Under the pieces are notes generated by a model, which was not told where the DNA came from, did no database searches, and worked only from the letters and a program-made list of their open reading frames with translations. A program made the position numbers and the translations under genes. A stretch of 64,000 bases of DNA, taken from Marsupella aquatica. Taxonomy: Eukaryota > Plantae > Marchantiophyta. Within the stretch, counting starts at the first letter, position 1; each line of letters begins with the position of its first letter. This document shows positions 21,643 to 35,191 of the stretch, piece by piece. The stretch covers positions 22,355,844-22,419,843 of the forward strand of contig OZ316893.1 in assembly GCA_973895155.1 (NCBI GenBank), in the 5' to 3' direction.

Positions 21643-24600
21643 TCAAAGTGTCCATTGCAAAGGAATTCCTCTACTCATTTTTAGGACTTCCATTCCTGTC
21701 TCTAGTCTTCCTATGTCGAGAAAGGGAATCACAATGTTTTTGCTTACGGTAGCTTCCCAAATTTCACACCCTTCTCTCACCCGCTTATTTAGCCAACTCA
21801 CATGGACATTGATGGAATTCTGTGTTCCTTCATCCAGAGTTGCGTCAACAAAGCTTTCTTCTTCAGGTTCATCTTGGAGTGTATTTTCCATAGAGTCAAC
21901 ATCCATAGCTTCGGCAAGAGATGAACCTCCTTCAGTCCGGCCCTGTGCTAGATCTTCAACACTCCTTACAACCGCCAGTCTCAGCCTTCCATGTACACGA
22001 ACCTCCACCACATCATGTATTTTGGGGTAAGTAGGGCATGTATGAAGGCCATATGTTTCTATATGTTGACGCTGACTTCTGTCTTGAAGTTCCAGGCATA
22101 CAATCTCAGAGGAACCTCTTCCTGCTTGTCGACTAATGGGCATAAATTTATGCAATAAACGAGAAACTGGTCGAAAACTGGTATCACCATAGTGTTCGGC
22201 CGTGGCTCCAAGCAATGGCAAACCTGAGAGCTTGTCAGTTATCATCTGATTATCAAGTGATCTTTGTATACTGAACCACTTGGCCTCAAAAAATAACTCC
22301 TGGTGTCCCAGAAATTCATGGACAAATAAGTCTAATATGACTGCTCTCCAATTCCAACTGTATTATGGACTGTCCTCGTCATCTGTCAATACTACCACAT
22401 GGTCACCAATCCTGAAAAGAGTGTTCCTCACCACTACAGATTTCAAAGGGATAACTTTAAAATCCATGACAGTCCTAAACAAGGACGTTGCCAGCCCCTG
22501 AAGAGCCCAATGCCATTTGACAAAATTGCTGCCATCCTCAGAAAGTAGACGCTTCTTCGCCTTTGTTCTACCTACTCCTATTCCTCTAGAGAGAATGGAA
22601 ATTGCACAATGAGAATCGACAGCAAATCTACTCATATTTTTAACTAGTGAAAGAGCCTGCTCTTGTGATGAGACTACAACAATACAATTCTCATGCCATT
22701 TAGGGCAGGTAAAGTCACGTTTGTCCCTTGCTGCATGCTCAATTGCTCTGGCTCCTGTTGGCCTCAAACGGTTGTGTGCTTCCAACAGTGTACGATGCTG
22801 TGGCAGAAATCCATCATCATCATTCCAAATCATCATGCATGTTTTAGTAAAAAACTGCCTGACGTGATGGGAGGTGAAAGTTAGCTCCATTTCCTTGTTG
22901 TTGGTGGCAGTCCGTCCATAACCAGAGACCATACGTTCGAACCTGTAGCACCAATACACCCAGTGTGGACCATGTTGTTCGATGTCATCCAACAACTCAC
23001 CGCTACCTACAAGACAAATTACATCTCATTTGTAAGATGAGTGATCGAGGCTAAGCAGTCTGCAGTTGCCTTGAAAAAATAGCATAAAAAATTACATCCT
23101 AAAATATTTCTGTAACAAACCTGCAACGTGTTCGAGTATAGAGGCATTAACTCCAAAATGCTCCTCACTCCTCACCCGCCATGAAGCCAACAGACTTCTT
23201 GCCTTCTCCAAAGTTGACTTCCTCCACCCCTCCTCCCTACTTTGAATGTAAAAGAGTCTTCCGATCTCAAATAACAGCATGCCAATTGAACCTAGAGGAT
23301 TTTCAACTCCTAATCTCAAGCTATATAGTATGTGCGGTAGACAAAATATAACAAATCGAGTATATTCTTCAGCTTTGAAGTAACCTAGTCTGTCCCCAGG
23401 ATCTTTCGGCCATCTCCCATCCAGACCTTTAGGTTTTCTGGCAGTCACTTCTGCTAAGGCCTCCTCTAAAACTTTGGTTTGGGAAGGTGTCAAACTTTTC
23501 ATCAATTTTGTTACATAGCTCTTGAATAAGTTGAGCGCAAGTATATGCATGACATCATATACTAAATCAGATATCAAACAGAAACCAAAGGTATCGCTTA
23601 ACCTCCAAGCCTTTGCCAACTGGTTAATTCCATGCTCTTGGGATATGCTTACCCTTGAAACTTCTGTTGTACAAAGAGAGTACCTCTGGGCAGCATCTCT
23701 AATGACCGCCAAATCTCGTTTGGCAGGAGGGTACCGCTGCAAATAACGATTGTTACCATACACAGTAACTCCTTTGGGCCCTCTTCCTGAAGTGTTTGAT
23801 TGTTTTTTCCACGTGCCTTTCACTAGACACCTCCTGCACGGTGCCTTCCCCCTCTGGCACCACCCTCCAAATTTGCATTGGGCCGGGTGGTCTCCTGTAA
23901 ATAACATTAGTCTCACCCTACAAGTACAATCTTTTGAGGTGATAAGGTCATGTATTAGCTCTGGCGCATATGAAAAATGAAGAGGGAATCCGGCAACTGC
24001 CAACATTTGCACGTCTTGGAAAAATGGCTCCATGAAAGCTTCCAAGAAGTGCAATTTAAGCTTGGTGAGTTTTTCAGTAGCACTGTTTGGTATAAACAGA
24101 ATGGGAATAGGTTGTATGTCAGAATGGCTACCCACATTCAGTATACTTATCTCCACTGTCCATGTGCTTCTCATAACTGAAGATGCTGATTGGAAACCAT
24201 CCCAGTGAGCCATTAGTGCAATATTGCGAGGGTCCCCCTGCGTACAATAAGAAAAACAATTTAATTAGCATGAATGATCGAAGTCAGAAGGAATCCAAGA
24301 GAAAAGAATGATTCTCAGATTAGCAAACCATCACAACGACAACGACAACGACATTCAGAGGCCCATTCAGAGGGAAGAAAAACAGTTATTCAGATTAACA
24401 TGCATGTACTGACAGCGCCGCATTCAGAAACGATCAAAGAGAGAGAAACAGGTTTCAATATTCTAAGCATAAGAGCATGTAATATATGGCAGCTGGCTGC
24501 ATTCAGATCGAAGAAAGCAAAGAGTGCAATCTAATTAAACAGGTTTTCAAATAAAATTTATTAGAAGTATCATGGAGATTTTCAGAGGGAAGTAATTGAG

Positions 24601-26023
24601 AGCAGACAAATTCATGGAACATCAACGTACATCATTTGGCTAGTACCTGAACATATACTGGCCTTATTTGGAGCCGATTTCCGCAAGTGCACACAATGTC
24701 ATACATGTGGATGTCTCCCACCAGCTTCAATCCTTGGTTCAAAAGGTCGCATTTCTCTGGGTAGGTAGCATAGCCTTTCCAACAAGTCTGGCATACCACA
24801 GGTAACTCATAGGTGCAACACGGGTCCCAGAAATAGGAGTTTTGTTTGGCTTTCGAGCCATCCCACCATTCGCTAATTACATCGTCTTTGAGACTCCCAA
24901 GCTGGAGCCAACGAGCTCTCTCCCTCCACATGGTTAGTATTTCATGGCAATAGCTTCGTGATCGACACAAATGAGATATCAATGGCGCAATAGGCAGGTA
25001 ATCAAACCTTAACATATCTTTGCGCTTGATTCTACACCCGAAGACATCACATCGCTCGCTGCAGGTTTCACAATCTCTGCACAAAATATTCTTGCATAGA
25101 GAGCACTTACAACTCTTGCTCGTTGTTTTTGCTTGGTCATCCTGGATGCTTGGTCCAAAGGCCTTAGGTTCGTGAAAGTTGTCGTCAGCCCCCAAACACA
25201 GACGCCATTGATGTGGTTGAGGTGCGCCCATCACTTTGTAAGCAGCCGCCAAGCCATTGAAAGTCCCCAAGGAAGGTATTCCTAGTGGACCACCATCCCA
25301 TTGAGTACCAGCATACCTCAGCAGTGAGCCAAGGGGTACATTCCTGTAGTCAATGACTGGACTTGCATCGATTGGTTTGAACAAAGCTCTCAAAATCTTG
25401 TCCTGCAAGTCCATAGAAACTTTAGCAGAATCCAACATGGACTGGAGTCTCCATGTCTCTCTATAAATAGCCTCGCTCAAAGTCAAAGGAATTTCGTTGA
25501 GTACAGCGGTTGAGTAGTCGTTGCATCCAACATTATCAGACAATGGCATAAGAGTTTCTGCACCATCCACCCCATCCTCTGTTGCACACCCAACATCAAA
25601 AGCACAATAGCTTGCTGGGATTGCATCAGGGTCACTTGCATACGTAGACCGAGGGCCATTGACAAAACCAAGCAACGGTCTGAGGAGTAGCGTGCTTTGT
25701 ATTCTCCATTTGGAAGTCCTTGACAGCTTTGCAAAATCAGATGGAAGATCTGATTGTTGACGTGAACAATCTCCAATCACATCAGAGGACTGCCCTTGCA
25801 CTATTCTATCTCTTGGTCTTTGGGTCGACACTGCTGCCTTGTGCAAAGGAGGGTGGACCGGAACATGCCGCGCATCTATGAGAATGCCTTGTTTATCCTT
25901 GAGTCTATGATGACCTCTAGTTCTTTTGCTCACCAAATCAAAGCCGTCAGACATTCGTGAACATCTATACTTGCAATCACATCTGACTTTCAAACTCAAA
26001 TCAAAATCCTCCATGTTGCGCAA
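21643..26023 (-). pseudogene. Divergent EnSpm-type transposase of element C, 3 exons, one stop
   Basis: Exons about 26023-24647, 24237-23121, 23006-21643. Motifs YLPI, WWDGS, RNIALMAHWDGFQ, FTGDHPAQCK, PCRRC, YDVMH, FKAEEY, HGP...WCYRFER. Stop at 22363. Confidence 0.85.
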
Positions 26024-26379
26024 GAGTCGTAGACAAATTTTCGCGACAAAAAAAGAGTAATGGACAAGTCTGGGCTGCCCACTACGTACGTACTAAGTTG
26101 TCAAGGTCTATAGTATACTTCTGATTGAGTCATTCATTAGCTTCACAGGTCCTGATCCTGTGCGGTCCCCGGCCTACCCTTATCGCAGCCCAGAATTGAC
26201 TCACAGCCTGGATGTGCTGGGATTTGGTGCTGGGATTTGGTGCATTGCATTGAAAGCATATTTGAGCACTTGTGGGGCCAGTTAATTGAAAAACAAGCCT
26301 ACGGTAGTACTATACGTGAACCCAGCTTTGGCCTTTGGGCACATGTGGGGCCAGTTTATCAGTTCTTTGGCGGGCCCCT

Positions 26380-26480
26380 TTTAAAGTAACATGCATGACT
26401 CCAGGATTATATAATTAAGTAATTTAATGTTTTTAAAGCAACATGCATGACTCCAGGATTATATAATAAAGTAATTTACT
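26380..26480 (+). repeat. About 52-bp tandem duplication
   Basis: AACATGCATGACTCCAGGATTATATAAT.AAGTAATTTA occurs twice. Confidence 0.85.
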
Positions 26481-29400
26481 GTTTGCAGCGCTGGTTAGAA
26501 TCTAGGTGCGCTTAGAAAAAGGTTTTCTCCCTAAATTATTAAAACATGGGCAGATTCTTGAAATGATTTATCCAAATTTGGAGGAAATAAACAATGAGAA
26601 GCTACCGTGTTTTGAATTGTGGAATTGGACTTATACCACACACCTTTCTAAATGTATGTTAATTTACATACATTCCACCGTTGAATGGAGTTCCCATGGA
26701 AATAGGCAATTCCTACAATTTGTTGTATGTAACTGTTTCACTTTAATTTGTACATGTATCTCATAAGATGGAATCTTCATTCTAAAGAAGTTTTATTAAT
26801 CTGCTGCGTTGCCGGTTGCCACGGCTCTCACTTGTGCAACGCAGAAAATTTTAATTTTTAATGCCAATTAAACTCATTAATAAACAGTCCCGCCCAAAGG
26901 CACAAATTTCCTGGTCATGAAGTGACAAAAGAACGCGGGATCACTTTATGGTCGGCCGATATTTTCCATTTTTCTCTTGTCAGCGGGGTAGGGGCTGGGC
27001 ATGTGAACAGACGATCAGGGATTGAGGGTGCCTGCAAGTTGGACAAGTTAAGCGCTGAGCCGCTGACTCAATCATCCCACATTCATCAATTCGCTCTTAC
27101 TCGGTCTCTTACTTTTGAAATATATATTTTAAAAATTGAGTTCAACCAGTACACAATAAAACATCCTCCTTTGATAAATAACTGGCTCTTGTTAGTTGAT
27201 AGGAGGAGGTTTCCACACTCAGGGGTACACTGGACTAAGCAGCCCTACATTGTAACTATCAACTATAGACCTCTATATTCATGGCTTGAGCCAACGACAA
27301 GTTATGGCCCATGGCCCAGGGACGTTGCCCTATTTACCAGGAAAAGTAAACCATGCTTGTATGATTTCGATCAGACGGCGAACGTGGATCAGCAAGGTGC
27401 TATGCTTTTCTCTCAGACAAGATTGATTCCTGTAGTGCTCATTTTCATCTTCAACACATTGCTCGCACTTTTCATAGTTTCTTGTTGATACTTTGATATA
27501 TAGCTTATATTTTTAGACAAACATAACGTTCCGGTTCTATCGTACTGTACTGTTTATTTTTCAAGGGTCAACAAAAAAGAAAAAATTGTTTTTTCTTGGT
27601 TCACCCTGCGTTGCATGAGGTAACTGTATTGTACGTCAGTAGTTACTTTTAAAGCTACTACAAACATATTGTCTAGCTAGGCAAACGATGACTAGCTTCT
27701 CTAGCCTCATTATCTTCCTTTGACAGATTCCTTTGTGGGGCCTGATACGTGGTCAGCTGATGTGGCCAGGGTTCACTTGTGACCAACTAGCTGGTCTCAA
27801 TCTAGCTCAATCCCTGCAGCCAGCCTCTCGTACAATGAGTTCTGCCTCGGGTCCTGCCTAGGCTGGTTCTAGCTAGTGTTAAATGTTTGGTGTTAGATGA
27901 TCGATGGTGTTAGATGATCGATCACCGTCACTACAGCAGAATCTAGTTTACTAAATGATATTATTCTTTGTGCAAATGGGCAACGTGTACTACTCTGGTG
28001 ACCACATCAAATGGTTTCTCTTCTTGGAGCGATTCGGAGAATGGAAATGGAACATCTCCCCCAAGTAATTTATTGTTTACTACGTATACCTGTTCTCTCA
28101 CGCAGTGGGCCCTCAACTTTTTAACATGCATGTAACAAGTATTTTATCTAAAGCCAGGCGGGAAGCCACGGTTACAAGGTGGGAAATATATAAGACTTAC
28201 TCCATATATATTTGATATATATTTGATACAAGTGACCTACATGGTTTTGAGGTAACGATGGATAGGAATCTTGAGCCTGCTCTGAAATGGCTAGAAGCAA
28301 ATAATGCTCAGGTACTGAAATTTACTGAAGTTAATTTGATAGATAAAACAGTCAAATGAATTAATCCAGTTTGGCATATATAGTGGGCTCTCCCTAAGTG
28401 CAAAATTCATACATGCATAACCTGAATAACTGCAAGCTTCCTCTTCTTGGCAGATGCTAGGCACACTAACTCTTCATTTTCTTGCATCTTTTTGTCCGGG
28501 CCTTTCGTAAGTGCAAACATAGCTAAAACGTTTTGCTAAATGACACTTTATAGAGTGAAACGTTTTGCTAAAGGGCAACTTTATAAGTGCACAACCTGGA
28601 TAAGTATTTACTAAAGTTGTATATAGCGAACTGTCTTGATCAAGTGCATTCCTTCGAGTGGAGAGGTACAAAAGTTAATTAGTAGACTAAAATGAAACTT
28701 ACCTAACATGGTCGATTGGGTATAAGGCCATTATAAGGAATTAAAACCTTGTCTAAGTATAAAAAGGGGAGTTGCATACTCAGGACTGGGAGAATGCTTA
28801 AATACAAACTGGTTTAAATAGTCAAAATTAAAGTCTCAGGTCACCTGAGCCCAAATAATGATACATGCATGCCTTGAAAAACACTTTGCAACCCAAGTCC
28901 TTTCCCTGGTCCTTGCACAACATCTCGAATATTTCCCCTAATATTCTAACATACCTTTAGGATGATTTAATTCCAAAGGTTAAGTCACACAGCCTAGCAT
29001 CACCTCCCAAATGCTACAAGCTAGCATGCCTCAACTCATGAGACCTAGTCAGAGCCTTGCATGCACAATATGAGTCTGAAATGTTTTGAACATACCTTGA
29101 GGGTAATCTGGTTTAATTCAAATGTATTATGCACAAAATGTAGAGTCACCTCCCAAATGCAACAAGTATGCCTAACTTGGACAATGTCTTGAGACCCATT
29201 TTAAGCCTTGGATAACCTAGAGCATAATCAAATATTTGTGATATGCTTTCAGTATGCTGATTGACTTCAAAAGGTCCAAACAGAAAGTTTAGTGTTAATT
29301 AGCTTGCAAGACAAAGCAGCTGCAAGCATGCCTTGAACACAGTTTGAAATGGAAATTGTGCACAACTTACCTTGGGATCATTGCTACTAACATGCCTTGA

Positions 29401-32400
29401 GGGTGGGTCTACAATTAAAGCGTAGGCCATGGACGGCAACCGTGACACCAAATGGGATATTTGTAACACCTTGATTGTACAATTTATAGTTTGGCATGTC
29501 TTAAAGCTTCCAGACACATTGAATTGAAGGTACTATTGTGCATTTTGCATGAGTACTGAAACAAACAAAAGTATTAAGTATTAAGCAATTGAATAATTAT
29601 ATTATGCAATGAGCACCTTGCCTGGCCTCCTCGCGATTTGTTCCAAGTGTCCTCACCAGGACACCTGCCATGGGGGGCAGCGATGTTCAGCATAGACGAC
29701 AATCGCAACGACAAGCCCATGAACCATGCAACGCACAAGAATCGACACACAGAGATATGTGGTTCACCTCCACATGAGGCTACGTCCATGGGAACACACA
29801 AGAGCTTTACTGCACTCTAGGCCGACCAGCCATCGAGCCGGCCATACCAAGCATCCACAGCGCAAGCTCTCCCTATCTCTCAACTAGCTCCGTAACAATG
29901 AGCCTGAGTTCCCTGGGGGCTGGCACCAGCCCTGGCTATATACACAGCATCACTATTACCGCTAACCTTAGCTAAGTCCTAACCTGAGTTAGCCTAACTG
30001 TGGTTAGCTCAAGAGTCACAAGACTAATCGAGCAATACCTAACAAGCGAGTGGGAGGCAGGGTGGGGGGAGGGTGGAGGGGGGAGTGAAGGAGGGACAGC
30101 AAACGAGAAAAAGATAAGACAGAAAATAGTGAAAAAGGGGGAATAAGGGGGGTTTACTCAGGGGTTTAGTGTTTCAAAGCAGAAAAAAGGGAAAGGAAAA
30201 AAGCAAGGAATAAAACCATTAGACTCACTTTGCCACACTTTGGTGGTGGTCATAGCCTATCTTTGACAAAATGACATTTTTTACTCAACAACATCGTTCT
30301 TCAATAAGATATTTTGGGCAAACGAATTCTTTTAACATGTACGTTGATGGACCAGACATGTTTTGAAGTGTGACCAGGCTTCTTGTTTGGGCTGGCTGCC
30401 ACAATTTTTTTCTAAATGTAAAACGCAGCATGATACACAAGGTTTTCTATATATCAAACCCAGTTTCAAAACACAAAAACTTTAACCAGTGAACCTTATA
30501 AGTGAGGACAAATAACATTTGCATCAATTGTACTTGGTGAACTTAATTTGACCACTTGAATCGCGACCATAGTTTGAAGTAAACCGGGATGAATCTAAAA
30601 AGTATAAACAATGGACCAACAAAAACTGTCTTTGAACAAAATTTGTTTTGTGTTCTCTAACCCATGTTGTTTTTTCCTCAATGTGAAAGGCAATAGTCCA
30701 TACAAACCTGTATTTGACAAATTTGACACAAAATGACATCCTTTACACGTACAACAATAACTTTGGTACAAATGAATGTCATCTTTTACACATGGTTATC
30801 TTTTGCATACCATCATCAATTTCATAAACTACATTTTTATACTATCATTATGCAATTGATGTTGTTAAATAAATGACATCATATACTTAACAACATCAAT
30901 TGCATAATGATATTTTGTGGAACAAAATCTCTTACTCAAGGACATGTTGTGCATAACATCCTTTAATGTATATTCTTAATGGTATATTTCATGCAACTTA
31001 ATCTATTGAGCAACAACTTTTGACTTCTATATGCAGCTCACTGGATTCAACTCGTAGTACATTTTACACACAATCATGACCAAATGTTGCAAGACTACTA
31101 GACTGCCTTCTTTGGATATTTGTAGGTCCCTCAATTCTAAATGAAATGTGACGCTATGTCATGGCTCACTTGAAATAGTAGCCAATCTGTTTCTAATGCA
31201 CCCACAAACATCAGATTCCATTGGATATCAAGGGAGATATATGCCTAGTGTCAAAGTTGGTTGAGTTTATTTGAATTTTGATTTGTTGCGGGAGAAAGCA
31301 ATGAATTTGACTTGTTTCATGTCTTTGCTTTGGTCTAGAGATTGTATCCATCCACATCAACACAAAATCTATGACCAAATGAGAGTCATATCTTGATGAG
31401 ATTGGCAATGGTTTTTATTTTTATTTTTGAAATACTAAATATCTATTTTTTCAAAATAAATGAAGCCATCCAATCGTTGATCTGCTTACAACATAATCTT
31501 GACCATCCAGTGCTTATTGTATAAAATAAAAATCACTATTCATCCACTCATGGAGGCATATAAGGTATCAAAAAATCTTGATGAAATATTCTACTAGGGT
31601 CACTAGTCTGGGGTTTTGTAATTTTGACAACCAAGCAATATATAAAATATTACATATGAACTCCAAATTACTCAGACAATATATCCCTTCATCATATTTT
31701 TGCTCTACATCCTCAAATATCCTGAATATGCAATGGTGCAAGGTGTGAACAAACATTTTAATTAAGGCCATTCTGAAAATGATAAATTGTACACACCATA
31801 TCCAGAGATTCTGCAAGGCTCTCCAAGGCTTAATTTGGGTCCCAAAATGCTTACAGTTACGATGCGGTGGTATCATTTGGGAAGCAATTATAGGCCTTGC
31901 GAGTGAACCCTTTGAGTCAAATCATCCTAGCCCTCGCCTTATGTAGGAAATATTCCAGAGGTTGTACAAGGCTTTGGGTCTAAAAAATGTTTACAATGAA
32001 GGCATTCTTTTATCATTTTGACCATCGTTTGGGAAGCGATGCGAGGCCTTGTGACTGAACCCTTTGTATTAAATTATCCTCACCTTATGTTGAAAATATT
32101 CCAGAGATTGTGCCAAGCTTCGGGTTTTATCATTTGTTTTTCAAGGCATGGTTGTATCATTTGGGAAGGGCAAGAATAAACAAGGGATTCTCAAGACATG
32201 CTCACATCATGTGCTGGTCGACACTCTTTTGTACCAAGCAGGAGCGTCAAGGCCAGGCACTGGCTACAGGAGGGGATGACCAAGTGCGAGAGCAATCCTC
32301 CGAAATACTTCAAGACAGTTCACCTAAACAGTCAGGTCGATGATTAGTCTGATTTTGCAAAGCTGATGCTGACTTGGTTCCCTTGTTAAGCAATAAATAC

Positions 32401-34045
32401 TGGCTGCATTTTAGCAGGACTTTACTCACACCCGATGGATATCCTGAGTCATTCCCAGTCAGCCAATTAGTCTTTTCTTTCAGTTTTGTTTGGTGTGGAG
32501 GGACAGAGAACGCTCCTTATATAGTTCCTGCTGGCAAAGTTTTCATGTGTTGCTCTAGATGGAAGGACGGCCCTGATGGATAGAGTCGCCTCCAACCGGG
32601 CCTCCAACCTTCCTGCCTGACTGTCCGCCCTGTTGGGTGCCAAGTACGTACCCTTATCCTTACATTTAGTTGGTGGTTTTAGATTTTCCAGTATGTTTTG
32701 GCTTGCATAATAGTGCTGTGTTTTCTTTGAGCACCTCTTTCATCAGGCCTATGTGGCCACTTTATCAGTTATTTGGATGATTACAGGTCTCCTGGGCTTA
32801 GATTGACATTCTCTTGATTAGTTCTTCTCCGGTTATATAATATGGACTTCTCTTCTCCATTAATATAATTAGCTACGTAGTTTACTGTCCTATGCACAAC
32901 ACTTGAGAGAGTCTAAATGTGTTTCCAACACCACTAATTAGACTCACATAAGCGACTCATCCTATATTCATCATCTCCCCCAAGCAATTTACTGTTTACT
33001 TTCTCAAATTAATTCCTACGCGACCTGTTCTGTCAGGGGGTTAGTAGGCTCAAGTTTTTCACATGCAACACCCAGTTAGAGCCTTAGTGCTTATGTGCAA
33101 AATATCACTTACTGTATATATTTCATACAAATCACACTCTGGTTTTGCTTGGTGACGTGACGTCTGCTGCACCGTAAGATCATGCTCAGAATCTACTGAA
33201 ACTTTAATAAACTAAATAGTCAACCCGATTTGCCATATATATATATATATCATTTACAGTTACTACTTTGTGGATTTTGAATTTCTCAAGTTGGATGAAT
33301 TTGTAATATCCTTTAGTTTTGTTTGGTGTGGAGTGACCAAGATTGCCGCTCAGTTTGGTTGTGGCAATGTGGCCACGGTTGTCACTATACATGTAAAAAC
33401 AGCCTTGACAGCTGTTGACCGCTTCACAGCTTTTGACCTTGTTGTCCTATGTGGTAGAGTACTTACGGATGCATATTTATTAGTTCCAAGTCTTTTTTGA
33501 TTAAAAGTTCCTGAGAAAACTTATTTAGACTCTCAGAATGGGAGAGTAATATCCACTGTGAAAAGCACTGTTGAGCTAAGAGGGAGGATAGTCCCCAGAG
33601 TCAGTACGTGAGCATTCGTCCCATGAGGGCAGGAGCAGGAGTAGGTGGGACTAGTCCCAATGTAAAGCAGTAGGGCGGTAAGTAGTGGACGTGTTAGTAA
33701 CAGTAGTGTGTTAGTTGAGCTTAGCATCTATCCTATTTAAATAGCCCCCTAAATTTCAACATTTTTGGCTTGGGATGACCTTTGTTCCTTTCTATTTTTC
33801 TGGGGATCAGTGGACTGATGTTGCCCCCGGCCCTTCGGCAGTTTTTGGATGTCTTATGTTCTCCTGGGTTACTATAGGGCTCTCATATTGTTCGATTCCC
33901 AAAATGAAAAGATACTCTTGAGTCCTACTACTCTTCTAAAGTCTATTGCTTAGCTGCATGCCCCCGTCAATTCCTGTTCTTACCGGTTCTTCATTAATGT
34001 ACTTTTGAGTAGGAGTTGTATACCATAATAATATATAGCGGTTTC

Positions 34046-34070
34046 CTCTCTCTCTCTCTCTCTCTCTCTC
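34046..34070 (+). repeat. (CT)n microsatellite followed by a short (GT)n
   Basis: Direct reading of the sequence. Confidence 0.9.
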
Positions 34071-35191
34071 TGCGCGTGTGTGTGTTTTTATCTGAGGACC
34101 AATGCAATACTACTCGGTAGTTGCAATTACAATCCCTCTACCTACATGTAGGTCCACTGGTTTGATGTTATATATACCATCGTAACTAGTTTCCTACTTA
34201 TATATTATATTTATATTTAGAATAATATAGCAGAGTTCTTTGGTGGGGGCTTCCAAAGTGGTGTGCGGGTACTTCTAGGTTGCTTGGACTTGGATTGGTC
34301 TTTGTTTGATTATATATATCACTCTCAGATTATAATATGGACTACTTTTCCCCCCTGCCTAATGTTTGGCTTCCGTTGAATCCTCATTATTAATAAAATT
34401 TAATCTGTTATTTCTTTACTCCCATTGAAAAAATAGGAGCAGAGCCGGCCTGTTATTGGCAGCATCTCCCCCTAGTAATTTCATTGACAGTCTGGTATGT
34501 TCTGGGATGGCGTCGAAACTGCCCGGCCCAAATGCAATTCATGATGAGGTTTTGGAATTTACTGAAACATCAATAAATAAAATAGTCAACTGAACATATT
34601 CAGAGTTTGGAATTTACTTAAACTTCAATAAAGTATATAGTCAACCCAATTTGGCATATATGCTCAAGTACATTCACTACTTTTAAGAATTACAGGCATT
34701 GCGCTTCACAATTTGACTTATGCTAGCTTGAGAATTCAAAGTTTACTTTAATAGTAGTATTTCGTAAGTGCTAGATAGGCCTCCCGCCATGTATCAGTAT
34801 ACGTAGACAGATCCTACCGGTGCGGCCTTGTATTGCAAATCATTGTCCCAGACAAATAGTTGAATAGTCTACCATGCTTCACGGAGAAATCTTTGGCTTT
34901 TAAATGCTAAAGACATTAAGAGAGCCAGAGCACGGTTTGCCAGATAGATGCCCGATATATACTACTATTCGGAATTTGAACTTCCCGCTTGATGTAGCGC
35001 GCGCCTGCGTTTGCGCCCACGTTTGGAATCAAATCCCATTCGACTCTTTTGGGGAATTACATTTTTGAATGTTAGACTACTTGAATCAACTAAGTGATCA
35101 CGTACAAACCCCGAACCTCCCTATGTTTGATTGCACTTCCTGAGTTGCAAAATCTTGTCTAGCTGCTGCTTGTCAATCTGCCGGCCTAACC

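Noticed and set aside
26922-27488. 188-aa ORF
   Set aside because: GTG start, no recognisable motif, and lies in the repeat-rich spacer.
27734-30237. Candidate solo LTR TGTGG...CCACA
   Set aside because: The flanking 5-mers do not match, so there is no TSD support.
33960-33975. GCCCCCGTCAATTCCT, matching a conserved SSU rRNA segment in antisense
   Set aside because: Only about 16 nt match and the flanks are not rRNA-like.
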